This document shows, in pieces, positions 29,469 through 38,812 of a DNA stretch of 64,000 bases. The stretch lies in the NCBI GenBank assembly GCA_965140585.1, contig OZ223269.1, positions 96,001 through 160,000 on the forward strand, read 5' to 3'. The notes under the pieces are model-generated. The model was given only the letters and a program-made list of their open reading frames with translations. It did not search any database and had not been told where the DNA came from. Each line of letters begins with the position of its first letter. The stretch's first letter is position 1. Origin of the DNA: Spirochaetia bacterium. GTDB lineage: Bacteria > Spirochaetota > Spirochaetia > UBA9216. A program made the translations under genes and the position numbers.

Positions 29469-30332
29469 ATGAGTGAGTATATACTTGGGCTGTATGAAAA
29501 AAGCATGCCCGGTTTTCTGACGCTTGAAGAAAAACTATCAACAGCCGGTGAATGCGGTTTTGATTATATGGAACTGTCGATAGATGAAACTGATGAGAAG
29601 CTGGGGAGGCTGAAGTGGACAACTGAGCAGCGGAATGCACTTCGTAATTCTATTGAAAAAACCGGGGTTCCGGTCTATTCCATCTGCTTAAGCGGTCACC
29701 GCAAATATCCCCTTGGCCATCCTGATCCCGGTGTTCAGAAGCGAAGTCTTGAGATTATGGCTGATGCCGTTAATCTGGCGGCCGATATCGGAATTAGAAT
29801 AATTCAGATTGCCGGATATGATGTTTATTACGAAGATTCAACAGAGGAGAGTCGGGAAATCTTCGGGAAGAATCTCTCTGCCTCAGTAGAGATTGCCGCA
29901 CGTAAGGGTGTTACTCTAGCCTTTGAAACGATGGAAACAGAGCTTATAAATACTGTTGAAAAGGCTGCTGCGTGGGTGAAGCAGATTGACTCACCTTATC
30001 TTCAGATATATCCTGATATTGGAAATATAACCAATGCAGCTGTGTCTTATGGAACTGATTTTGCTGAGGATCTTAAAACGGGAAGGGGCCACATCAGTGC
30101 GGTACATCTTAAAGAGACTGTACCCGGAGTTTTTCGTGAGATGCCCTTCGGAACAGGCCATGTAGATTTTGATAGGGCATGTGAGGTCTCGCTGGCTCTT
30201 GGCTCGCGTATGTTTGTCGGCGAGTTCTGGTATACCGGCGAAGAAAACTGGAAAGAGATAATCTGCAGCAATAACGTGTTTTTAAGGACAGCCATTGAGA
30301 ACGGCTGGAAACGGTACAGGAAGAATAAATAA
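29469..30332 (+). CDS. L-ribulose-5-phosphate 3-epimerase (UlaE/SgbU family)
   Basis: GLYEKSMP, ELSIDETDEK, ICLSGHRKYPLG, IQIAGYDVYYE, FETME. Confidence 0.92.
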   Translation: MSEYILGLYEKSMPGFLTLEEKLSTAGECGFDYMELSIDETDEKLGRLKWTTEQRNALRNSIEKTGVPVYSICLSGHRKYPLGHPDPGVQKRSLEIMADAVNLAADIGIRIIQIAGYDVYYEDSTEESREIFGKNLSASVEIAARKGVTLAFETMETELINTVEKAAAWVKQIDSPYLQIYPDIGNITNAAVSYGTDFAEDLKTGRGHISAVHLKETVPGVFREMPFGTGHVDFDRACEVSLALGSRMFVGEFWYTGEENWKEIICSNNVFLRTAIENGWKRYRKNK

Positions 30333-30796
30333 TGATTTACGATACAGTTGATAACATCAGCAGCTACATGGGCCTGAGCCCCCTGATTGACAGGGCTCTG
30401 CAGATCATTTCATCAGGTAATGTTTTTAAATATGAACCCGGTGTTCACAGGATTGAAGGTGATGATCTACGGGTTCAGGTTTCAGATTACAGCACAAAGA
30501 ATCCTTCAGACATAAAATACGAAGCTCACGTAAAATATATCGACATACAGCTGCTTGGTTTCGGAAACGAGCTCTGCGGCTACAAACCGCTGAAGGGGCG
30601 TATTCCTGCAGGCAAGTTTAATACAGAATCAGATATCGGCTTCTTTGAAGAGGATGAGCTTCAGCAGATTATGCTTCCGCTGTCAAATACACGCTTTGCA
30701 ATCCTGTTCCCTCAGGATGCCCACAAGCCCTGCTGCCATCCTGATACAGGGGCTGAGGATATTCGAAAAATAGTAATTAAGGTTGCTGTAGTTTAA
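30332..30796 (+). CDS. YhcH/YjgK/YiaL family protein
   Basis: EAHVKYIDIQ and FPQDAHKP motifs. Confidence 0.9.
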   Translation: MIYDTVDNISSYMGLSPLIDRALQIISSGNVFKYEPGVHRIEGDDLRVQVSDYSTKNPSDIKYEAHVKYIDIQLLGFGNELCGYKPLKGRIPAGKFNTESDIGFFEEDELQQIMLPLSNTRFAILFPQDAHKPCCHPDTGAEDIRKIVIKVAVV

Positions 30797-30798
30797 AA

Positions 30799-32223
30799 TT
30801 ACAGGCTGTTTATCAAATCTCTGAACCGGTCGCCCCGATCGAATTCATTTTTAAACATACCGAATGACGCACAGCCCGGTGAGAGCACGGCAATCTGCCG
30901 ATGCCTTCCGGCTGCCTGTTTTCTTACATACTCCACCGCTTCTTCAAGACTTTTAAACGGGCCGCCATAGCTTATTCCTCTTGAGTTTAACAGACTGGTT
31001 ATCTTTTCATCGGCTGTGCCGGAAAGCAGACTGACAGCTTCAGCGCCTGCGGCTGCCTCTGCAAGCGGTGTGAAATCAAGGTTCTTATCGGCACCGCCTG
31101 CAATCAGGAAAACTCTCTTGTTGAAGCTTCCGGCTGCCGCGAGGGCTGCCTCCGGAATTGTTGCAGCTGAATCGTTATACCATCTGATATTGTCAAAGTT
31201 ACGGACAAACTCAAGCCGGTGCCTTATTCCGGGAAACTCCGAAAGCCCTATCCTTATAGTTTCAGGTTCTAATCCGAAAAGAAGGCAGACTTCACCGGCA
31301 GCCAGCAGATTGAGCCGGTTATGCTTGCCCGGCAGTGTATTCTCATTATTCAGTATCTTTACAGACTCACCATCCTCGTTGATAAAGTATCCGCCGTCAT
31401 TTTCAAGAAAGGCCCCGGAATAGTTTTCAGGAAGGTTTTCAGAATAATCAGCTGTAAAAAATGAAGGTGCTGCATTGCAGCCGTTAAAAAATCTTTCTGT
31501 ATACGGACAGTCAAGGTTGAAAACTGTATACTCTTTGACAGTCTGTGCTTCAAATATAACAGCCTTGTCATCGGCATATTCATCCATTGAGGAATATCTG
31601 TCCTGATGGTCATGCATGATATTGGTGATTAATGATACCTTTGGTTTCAAAAGCTCCATTCCCCGCAGATCGGACAGCTGCCATGAGGATAGTTCAAGAA
31701 TGACCGGAGCATCAGATTCTGATGTGCATTCGTCAATAAAGGTGAGGGGAGACACTGTGATATTTCCACCCAGAACTGTATCGGGATAAACCATCTTCAT
31801 TACATGGTTAATTGCCGAAACCGTGGTTGATTTTCCCTTGCTGCCTGTTACCGCAATGACCGGCCTTTTATTGAACCTCAGGAATACCGATATATCGGTT
31901 TCAAGCTGCTTTGCGGCCTTCAAATAAGGTGAATCAGGCCTGACTGCCGGGTTTTTGATGACAATATCAGCATTTTCAAAATCTTCGATATCATGTCTGC
32001 CAAGAACGTACCTGATGTCAAACCCGGATAAATCTTCGATGGATTTTTTCAGCGTATCAGCATCCCTAAGATCTGTGACTGTGACTGAAGCTCCGTGTGA
32101 GGCAAAAAATCGTGCCGAAGAACTTCCGCCGCCGTGCAGTCCAAGCCCCATGACGGTTACTTTGAGATCTTTAAGATTTTTACCGTTGATGCTGTAGTTA
32201 AATTCCCGGTTTTCCGACTTCAA
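30799..32223 (-). CDS. murD: UDP-N-acetylmuramoyl-L-alanine--D-glutamate ligase
   Basis: GLGLHGGG, TGSKGKSTT, ELSSWQL, HRLE, NDSAAT, LSPGCASF. Confidence 0.93.
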   Translation of the reverse strand: MKSENREFNYSINGKNLKDLKVTVMGLGLHGGGSSSARFFASHGASVTVTDLRDADTLKKSIEDLSGFDIRYVLGRHDIEDFENADIVIKNPAVRPDSPYLKAAKQLETDISVFLRFNKRPVIAVTGSKGKSTTVSAINHVMKMVYPDTVLGGNITVSPLTFIDECTSESDAPVILELSSWQLSDLRGMELLKPKVSLITNIMHDHQDRYSSMDEYADDKAVIFEAQTVKEYTVFNLDCPYTERFFNGCNAAPSFFTADYSENLPENYSGAFLENDGGYFINEDGESVKILNNENTLPGKHNRLNLLAAGEVCLLFGLEPETIRIGLSEFPGIRHRLEFVRNFDNIRWYNDSAATIPEAALAAAGSFNKRVFLIAGGADKNLDFTPLAEAAAGAEAVSLLSGTADEKITSLLNSRGISYGGPFKSLEEAVEYVRKQAAGRHRQIAVLSPGCASFGMFKNEFDRGDRFRDLINSL

Positions 32224-33154
32224 AAAGGTACTCCTTCATATCCGATTCATTCAGATACGGACTGATTGTATGCGAAGTCCAAATCTTTGTCCATTCTTCG
32301 GGTACCTTGCTTCTGATTGATTTATAGATGTCCGAGTTCTTTTCAAAATTATTAATTTTAAAATACTGTTCAATCTGAAGGCTGTCTGGTTCGATCAGGT
32401 CCGAGAATCGGATGAAAAGCGGAAGAAGCTTCTTACGGCCTTCAGGAGACAGTTCAGGCGGGGACAGGCAGACAGTATTAAAGTCGCAGCGGATAGGATA
32501 GTATGGATAAATTCTTTTGCCCTCAGGCATAAGCACGGAACTAAGCAGCTTTGTTACCTCGTGGTCAATCCATTGTCCGCTTTTATCATAGCCTTTTTTT
32601 GATTCACCGGCCCATGTGGAGCGGAACATCCGTTTGATATTTATCATATTGAAGCCGGGCTCTGTTTCGGGTTTTTCTACAGGTATAATGAGGCTTTCGA
32701 AAAATAGCTTCCGGGTTGAGTATGCCTCTGTTTTATCGTTGGTTCCCGGAACTGTTATTTTAGCATCAGAATAATGGATATTAAGATCCGGTCTAAAAAG
32801 ATAAAGATAATATTTCTGCTCTAATTCGATAAGCTGTATAAAGCAGGGTCTCAGGATCTCCGCCGGATCGAAATAGTATGAAGTTCCCTTAAAAACCTGT
32901 GGAAAGATTCCCGACAGATTGTTCACCAGACTCCTGAGGGCTTCTATATATTCTTTACCCGGATCAGGTTCTCCCGGATCATGATGAATTTTAAATGCCG
33001 GAACAGTAAATTCTTCTTCTGTTTTGAGAAAAGCTTCTTCATTCTGATTGAAATGCTTTGTGTAAACGCCTTTCTGCCCATTGAGGCTAATGAGTATTTC
33101 GGTAATACCGGGATCGGTAATATTAAAGCTTAAGCTGCTTACTAACTTTTCCAT
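32198..33154 (-). CDS. Hypothetical protein
   Basis: 318-aa ORF overlapping the murD start, preceded by TTGAAA-17-TATAGT. No recognisable motif. Confidence 0.7.
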   Translation of the reverse strand: MEKLVSSLSFNITDPGITEILISLNGQKGVYTKHFNQNEEAFLKTEEEFTVPAFKIHHDPGEPDPGKEYIEALRSLVNNLSGIFPQVFKGTSYYFDPAEILRPCFIQLIELEQKYYLYLFRPDLNIHYSDAKITVPGTNDKTEAYSTRKLFFESLIIPVEKPETEPGFNMINIKRMFRSTWAGESKKGYDKSGQWIDHEVTKLLSSVLMPEGKRIYPYYPIRCDFNTVCLSPPELSPEGRKKLLPLFIRFSDLIEPDSLQIEQYFKINNFEKNSDIYKSIRSKVPEEWTKIWTSHTISPYLNESDMKEYLFEVGKPGI

Positions 33155-33333
33155 TTGTCATTAAAAACTATACAACCTTAACCCTGTGTTTTCAAGGAAA
33201 AAGCCCTATACTGAGGCTGACCTGCATATAATATTTGGATTAGATTAAACCCTGCTTAATAAGGACTTGAAAACTTTATCGAGTTCTGGCATAATCAGGT
33301 ACTAATTTGTAAATCATTATTAAGGAGCTTACA

Positions 33334-33423
33334 GTGCCCTGCGGACGTAAAAGAAAAAGGCATAAGATAGCCACACATAAAAGAAAGAAAAAGCTGAGAA
33401 AGAACAGACACAAGAAAAAATAA
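33334..33423 (+). CDS. Small basic ribosomal protein bS22 (AURKAIP1/COX24 family)
   Basis: Not in the ORF track. GTG after AAGGAG encodes MPCGRKRKRHKIATHKRKKKLRKNRHKKK. Confidence 0.9.
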   Translation: MPCGRKRKRHKIATHKRKKKLRKNRHKKK

Positions 33424-33516
33424 TTAGGATGATGTTCAATTCTTTTTATGTACTTGGTTGACATCTAAAGTTTTGGATATTATTATTCTGGCATAATCAT
33501 TATTGGAGGGACTTAA

Positions 33517-33687
33517 ATGGCCTACAAGATTACTGAAGAATGCACAAATTGCGGCGCCTGCGAAGCAGAATGCCCGATGGAAGCAATCAGCGAAAAAGAT
33601 GGTTTAAGATGGATTGATCCGGAAACATGTACCAGCTGTGGCGCATGTGCCGATGTTTGTCCTGTTGACGCTATTCTTGCTGACTAA
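33517..33687 (+). CDS. 2[4Fe-4S] ferredoxin
   Basis: Not in the ORF track. 56 aa, [20 protein letters not shown]...[12 protein letters not shown], with two CxxCxxCxxxCP motifs and a GGAGG RBS. Confidence 0.95.
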   Translation: MAYKITEECTNCGACEAECPMEAISEKDGLRWIDPETCTSCGACADVCPVDAILAD

Positions 33688-33722
33688 TTTTTATCATGCC
33701 GTTTTTACGGCTTTTTAAACAG

Positions 33723-33750
33723 AAGGACTGTTAGATACAGTCCTTTTTTT
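33723..33750 (+). terminator. Intrinsic terminator after ferredoxin
   Basis: AAGGACTGT-loop-ACAGTCCTT followed by a T-tract. Confidence 0.8.
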
Positions 33751-33756
33751 ATATTC

Positions 33757-34650
33757 CTATCTTCCTGCAGCCTTCCTGCCTGAAAATATTCTTTCAAAAA
33801 TCAGTGAACATCCCCCTGTCAGAATAAGGTAAATCACTGTGATTACTATCCATATTTCAAAGGTTGCATATGTGGATGCCATTACCTGAAGCCCCTGAAA
33901 TGTAAGTTCAGGTATGGAAATGACTGATACTATTGCTGAATCTTTAATCGTTGAAATAAACTGTCCTGAGAGAGGAGGCAGCATTTGAGTTACGGCCTGG
34001 GGCAGTATGATGTGTCTGAGCCTGGACAGAGGAGACATTCCCAGAGCTTTTGCAGCCTCAATCTGTCCCTTGGGAACCGATTCAATACCGGCTCTGATAA
34101 TCTCGGTGATGTAGGCTCCTTCATAGATGGCAAGACTGAGCGCTGCAGAGAAGAATTCGTTTAAAAGCGAAGGTTTTATAAAAATTATCGTTATTAGTTT
34201 TATCACCCCGGGATCTGCTGCTTTTAGTACTTTCTCAATACCAAGATTGTCAAGAATCTGACTGCTGAAGAAAAAATAGAATATGAATACAAGCACAATA
34301 GGGGGGATGTTGCGGACGAAGCCTACATAGATATGTCTGATTATTCTTCCGAAAAGATTTTTTCCTGAGCCGGCTATCCCGAATACGGTTCCTATTAGAA
34401 GGCCGGAGATGATTCCCCATATACTGAGTTTAACAGTTAGAATAAGGCCCTGGAGAATTACAGCCGGAATAAGCCTTCCCGTTTCCGGATTGATTTTTAG
34501 AATATATTTTGGAATGATATCCCATGCCCATTCGTATCTGAGATTAAGCCTGATCCTTAAAAATATAAAAACAAGGCCTGAAATAATCAGGCCCGTCAGA
34601 ATAAAATCAAGCGGTTTTATTTTGTACTTTTTAACCGGATGATGTCTCAA
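33757..34650 (-). CDS. Polar amino acid ABC transporter permease
   Basis: RNIPP, AYITEIIRAGI, GQIEAAKALG (EAA motif), IKDSA. Confidence 0.92.
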   Translation of the reverse strand: MRHHPVKKYKIKPLDFILTGLIISGLVFIFLRIRLNLRYEWAWDIIPKYILKINPETGRLIPAVILQGLILTVKLSIWGIISGLLIGTVFGIAGSGKNLFGRIIRHIYVGFVRNIPPIVLVFIFYFFFSSQILDNLGIEKVLKAADPGVIKLITIIFIKPSLLNEFFSAALSLAIYEGAYITEIIRAGIESVPKGQIEAAKALGMSPLSRLRHIILPQAVTQMLPPLSGQFISTIKDSAIVSVISIPELTFQGLQVMASTYATFEIWIVITVIYLILTGGCSLIFERIFSGRKAAGR

Positions 34651-34655
34651 TAGAT

Positions 34656-35516
34656 TTATTCCGCTGAAACATCAACCTGGTCGGCCCATTCGTCCGACAT
34701 GAACCAGTATCTGTAGCGTTCATCAAGAAAACCATCCGCCCATTTAAGTGCAATCCAGTTATTCAGGAAGTTCATGAAATCATGCTCTCCCTTGCGAACG
34801 GCAAAGGCTATGGGTTCGTTTCTGAAGATTTCAGGGTCAATAGGGATATACAGTTTATCCGGATACTTCTCTGCCTGAAGCTGAGGAAAAGGAAAGGCTG
34901 ATACCCAGGCGTCAACTCTGCCGTTAATTAGCTCCTGAATGCCCTGGGGTTCATCATCAAACATCCTTAACTGAGCTTTAGGCATGAACTGTTTTGCAGC
35001 TGTGGCTCCGGTGCTTCCTGTTCTGACAGCTATGACAATATCACCGTTATTGAAATCATCGAGCGAAGTTAGTCCACCGGCGGTTTCAAGGTTAGCCACA
35101 ATGGATTGTCCGCTGTATTCGTATGCATCGGTAAAGTTTACTGATATATTTCTTTCCGGTGTAACCGACATGCCGCCAATTATTATGTCAAATTTACCTG
35201 TGAGCAGAGCGGGGATTATTCCCGACCACTTTGTCTGTATGAACTCAATCTCTACACCAATATCTTCAGCCAGTTTATTGGCTACATCCACCTCAAAACC
35301 TACAAGCTCACCGCTTTTGTTCAGCATTGCCCAGGGCACAAAGGTTGAAAGTCCCACTTTAAGAGTTCCGTCCCTGAGGATTTGTTCAAGCTGGTCGGTT
35401 TGTTCTGCTGAAGCTGTGCCTGGGCCGTCCCCTGAATTCTTTGAGCAGCCTGAAAAAATAATCACTACAGCGAAAAGAAGCAGTAACGGAAGTGTTTTAA
35501 ATTTCTGAATTTTCAT
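34656..35516 (-). CDS. Polar amino acid ABC transporter substrate-binding lipoprotein
   Basis: Lipobox FSGC, GFEVDVA and MSVTPER (SBP family 3). Confidence 0.92.
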   Translation of the reverse strand: MKIQKFKTLPLLLLFAVVIIFSGCSKNSGDGPGTASAEQTDQLEQILRDGTLKVGLSTFVPWAMLNKSGELVGFEVDVANKLAEDIGVEIEFIQTKWSGIIPALLTGKFDIIIGGMSVTPERNISVNFTDAYEYSGQSIVANLETAGGLTSLDDFNNGDIVIAVRTGSTGATAAKQFMPKAQLRMFDDEPQGIQELINGRVDAWVSAFPFPQLQAEKYPDKLYIPIDPEIFRNEPIAFAVRKGEHDFMNFLNNWIALKWADGFLDERYRYWFMSDEWADQVDVSAE

Positions 35517-36325
35517 TTAAATCCTCCAATTTGTTTTTCGAACTTTTTCAATAAGAGCGTAAGCCCTGTATTCAATATAAGATATCCGGCGGCTACAGTA
35601 AACCAAATCTCAAAAGTGAGGAATGTTTCTGCTATTATCACCTGTCCCTGCATTGTAAGTTCGTATATTGCTATCGTTGAAACCAGTGCCGAATCTTTAA
35701 TAAGCGAAATGAGCTGCCCGGCAATTACAGGCATGATTTTAGGAATAGTCTGGGGCAGAATTATATATCGATAGACCGATGTCTTTGTCATTGCCAGGCT
35801 GTACCCGGCTTCCCACTGCCCTTTTTCAACAGCCAGTATTCCGGAGCGGATGATTTCGGATGTGTAGGCGCCTTCAAACAGGCTGAGTGTCAAAACTGCA
35901 GTGAAGATACGATCCATTCCGAGAACCGGGGCTACAACAAAATACATCATAAAAAGCTGAATCAGAAGCGGAGTGTTCCTGACAGCCTCGATGTAGATTC
36001 TTGAACTTATTCGAGCTGTAAAGGAATCGGAAAGCCGGAAAAGTGCTGAAATAAAACCGAATATCACAGCAAGAACAAGCGATGATGCAGATATCAATAT
36101 GGTGATGGCCAGTCCCTGCAGCAGAGGCCCGGCATGTATACCTGAACTGTCAGTTTTAATTAGGTAATCATCGATCCTGTACCACTGCCATCTGTAATTA
36201 AGATTATTTATTCCCGGCAGCAGGATGAAAATGAGCAGTGCGCTTAAAATAATAAAGACTGACGCTGAATAGAGATCGGGATGTTCTGACTTGAATTTCT
36301 GTACAAGGCTTAGAATTCTTCTCAA
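35513..36325 (-). CDS. Polar amino acid ABC transporter permease
   Basis: RNTPLLIQL, AYTSEIIRSGI, GQWEAG, IKDSAL. Confidence 0.92.
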   Translation of the reverse strand: MRRILSLVQKFKSEHPDLYSASVFIILSALLIFILLPGINNLNYRWQWYRIDDYLIKTDSSGIHAGPLLQGLAITILISASSLVLAVIFGFISALFRLSDSFTARISSRIYIEAVRNTPLLIQLFMMYFVVAPVLGMDRIFTAVLTLSLFEGAYTSEIIRSGILAVEKGQWEAGYSLAMTKTSVYRYIILPQTIPKIMPVIAGQLISLIKDSALVSTIAIYELTMQGQVIIAETFLTFEIWFTVAAGYLILNTGLTLLLKKFEKQIGGFK

Positions 36326-37179
36326 ATTTTCAGTTCTCCGGGCTTAAGACTGTCAAGCGGACCCCGGTAAGGATGCTCTTTACCCGTCCCGCCGGGCACA
36401 AAACCCTGTCCCCTGTACATGATAGCATGATCGGGACAGAAATTGTAGCATCGAAGGCAGAGAATGCATCTGCCGCTGAATTCAGGAAATTTATCATGGC
36501 CGTCCATTGAAATGTTATCTGCGGGGCACAGCCGGACGCACTTGCCACATTTTCTGCAGCTTACGGTATCTATGCTTAAATCATCTCTAAGGCCTTCATA
36601 CATCTTTCTGAAGGGCTTTCTCTGCATATTCCCCATCATCCTCCAGAACTTTCCCTTCCCTTGAATAAAGGCTGTCCCTGAAGAAATCAGTCCGGATATA
36701 ATGCGGATGCGTTTTCCGGTTTTTCTCAGCCTGTTTGAGATCTTTTCAGGGATGTTTGTATATGGAAGAGGAATCCCTGTTACTGAAATATTGTTCGGCA
36801 TTCGCAGATGAAAAGCCCATTTGAAATTGTAGCCCTTCCCGGTGATCCGCTCATTTTCAAGCCATGCTCCATCTCCGGAAAATATAAGCTGTGTACAGAA
36901 TATACCGAAGGCTTGTTTGTTCCCATCTGTCGCAACCCCTGCTTTCGGGAGTTGCTCAATAAAGTCTTTAATGATTTGCGGTCTGTCTGAGCCGTAGACC
37001 GGGTATCCGAGCAGGATAATATCACTTACTGATAGAGCGGTATCTATCAGTTCTGCCTTGTTCTCAACAGAAAGAATCAGGCATTTATGTCCTTTTAATT
37101 CCAGCTCTTTACCTATCTGTTTTGCCGCCCACCATGTGTTTCCTGTACCTGAGAAGTAAATAATCGTTATTTCAGCCAA
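36322..37179 (-). CDS. Flavodoxin-like plus 4Fe-4S ferredoxin fusion (EFR1 family)
   Basis: YFSGTGNT, MPNN and two CxxCxxCxxxCP motifs. Confidence 0.88.
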   Translation of the reverse strand: MAEITIIYFSGTGNTWWAAKQIGKELELKGHKCLILSVENKAELIDTALSVSDIILLGYPVYGSDRPQIIKDFIEQLPKAGVATDGNKQAFGIFCTQLIFSGDGAWLENERITGKGYNFKWAFHLRMPNNISVTGIPLPYTNIPEKISNRLRKTGKRIRIISGLISSGTAFIQGKGKFWRMMGNMQRKPFRKMYEGLRDDLSIDTVSCRKCGKCVRLCPADNISMDGHDKFPEFSGRCILCLRCYNFCPDHAIMYRGQGFVPGGTGKEHPYRGPLDSLKPGELKI

Positions 37180-37274
37180 AAGAACTCCTTCTAATCAAAA
37201 ATGAACATATGTCTAAGTTTACCATGAGAGCCAGATCTATTATAATTACTGTTGAAGAATAATTGGGAGATTTT

Positions 37275-38711
37275 ATGAAAAAACAGACAAAGATAGTGGC
37301 TACTGTTTCAGACAGACACTGTGATGTGGATTTTATCAAAGAGCTTGTAGATCGTGGAGTTGATGTATTCAGGCTTAATACCGCACACCAGAGCCCTGAA
37401 GACTCAATGAAAGTAATTAAGAATATCCGTGCCGTTTCGGAGTTTGCGGGAATTCTAATCGATACAAAAGGCCCCGAAGTAAGGACTGCCGGAATAGGGG
37501 ATGACGGAATTAATGTTGAAACAGGTGATACCGTTTTGTTTGCTCCTGAAAACTGGGTTTCCACGTCCGGAAATGCGTATCCTGTTATTTCAGTATCCTA
37601 CAGCCATGTATCCGAGGATATTCCGGCAGGAGCAACAATACTAATCGATGACGGAGATATTCTATTTACGGTGAAAGCTGTCGGCGACGGATTCATTACT
37701 GCAGTGGCAGGCAACAGAGGCACAGTAAAAAACCGCAAGAGTGTTAATATTCCAGGTGTACATCTTAATCTGCCGTCGCTTACAGATAAGGATCGGGCAT
37801 TTGTGCGTTTTGCAGCAGAAAACGGGATTGATTTCATTGCTCACTCTTTTGTAAGAAACGCGGGTGATATTGATGAAATAGCTAAAATCCTTCGGGAGAC
37901 TGATTCCAATGTTAAAATCATTGCAAAAATCGAAAACCGGGAAGGTGTCGATAATGCTGTTGAAATTATTGAAGCATGTCACGGGCTGATGGTAGCCAGG
38001 GGCGATTTAGGTATTGAAATTCCAGCTGAGGAAGTACCCCCGATTCAGAAGCGGCTGATAAAGATCTGCGTAAAAAGAGCCAAGCCTGTTATTACAGCGA
38101 CACAGATGCTTCAGTCCATGATTGAAAATCCGCGTCCGACCAGAGCGGAAGTCAGCGATATAGCCAATGCTGTTCTTGACGGAACATCAGCACTTATGCT
38201 CAGCGGTGAGACTGCTTACGGTAAGTACCCGCTTGAGAGTGTAGCTACAATGGCAAGGGTTGCAAAAGCTGCCGAAGAATACCGCAAGGACATCTGGAAG
38301 CATGATCTTGTGGGACAAGGCGGTGAAGTTCGGAAATTCCTGGCCAAAAGTGCAATTCAGGCTTCAGATAGACTTCCGATCAAGGCCATAATAGTTCACA
38401 CCTATTCAGGGCTCACTGCACGTCTTCTATCCTCCTTTCGGGGTAAGATTCCAATCTTTGTCAGATGCCATGAAATGCGTGTTGCAAGGGAACTTTCTCT
38501 TTCATACGGACTGTATCCCAAGCTGATGGAACTTCCTGCAAATACCGATCAGCTTATATCAAAAGCGGTTCGAAGCCTTGTACTGAATGACCTGGTTAAG
38601 CCTGATGATCTTGTGCTTGTACTAGCAGGTTCGCCGCCGAAAATAAGCAATGAGTCAAATCTGATTGAGATAAATACTGTTTCCAAGTTTATGATTGAAG
38701 CGGAAAAGTAA
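37275..38711 (+). CDS. pyk: Pyruvate kinase
   Basis: TKIVAT, DTKGPEVR, AKIEN, MVARGDLGIE, TATQML, PTRAEVSD, MLSGETA. Confidence 0.97.
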   Translation: MKKQTKIVATVSDRHCDVDFIKELVDRGVDVFRLNTAHQSPEDSMKVIKNIRAVSEFAGILIDTKGPEVRTAGIGDDGINVETGDTVLFAPENWVSTSGNAYPVISVSYSHVSEDIPAGATILIDDGDILFTVKAVGDGFITAVAGNRGTVKNRKSVNIPGVHLNLPSLTDKDRAFVRFAAENGIDFIAHSFVRNAGDIDEIAKILRETDSNVKIIAKIENREGVDNAVEIIEACHGLMVARGDLGIEIPAEEVPPIQKRLIKICVKRAKPVITATQMLQSMIENPRPTRAEVSDIANAVLDGTSALMLSGETAYGKYPLESVATMARVAKAAEEYRKDIWKHDLVGQGGEVRKFLAKSAIQASDRLPIKAIIVHTYSGLTARLLSSFRGKIPIFVRCHEMRVARELSLSYGLYPKLMELPANTDQLISKAVRSLVLNDLVKPDDLVLVLAGSPPKISNESNLIEINTVSKFMIEAEK

Positions 38712-38812
38712 AATATCAACTTACCATTAATATGCGGGATACCCGGAAATTATTTACAGTTTAAGTTTTTCCGGTTATCCTGAACTCAACCCTAATCTTA
38801 CAGGATACAAAT

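Noticed and set aside
33276-33464. 62-aa minus-strand ORF
   Set aside because: It is the antisense shadow of the bS22-like gene, which has a proper RBS and family signature.
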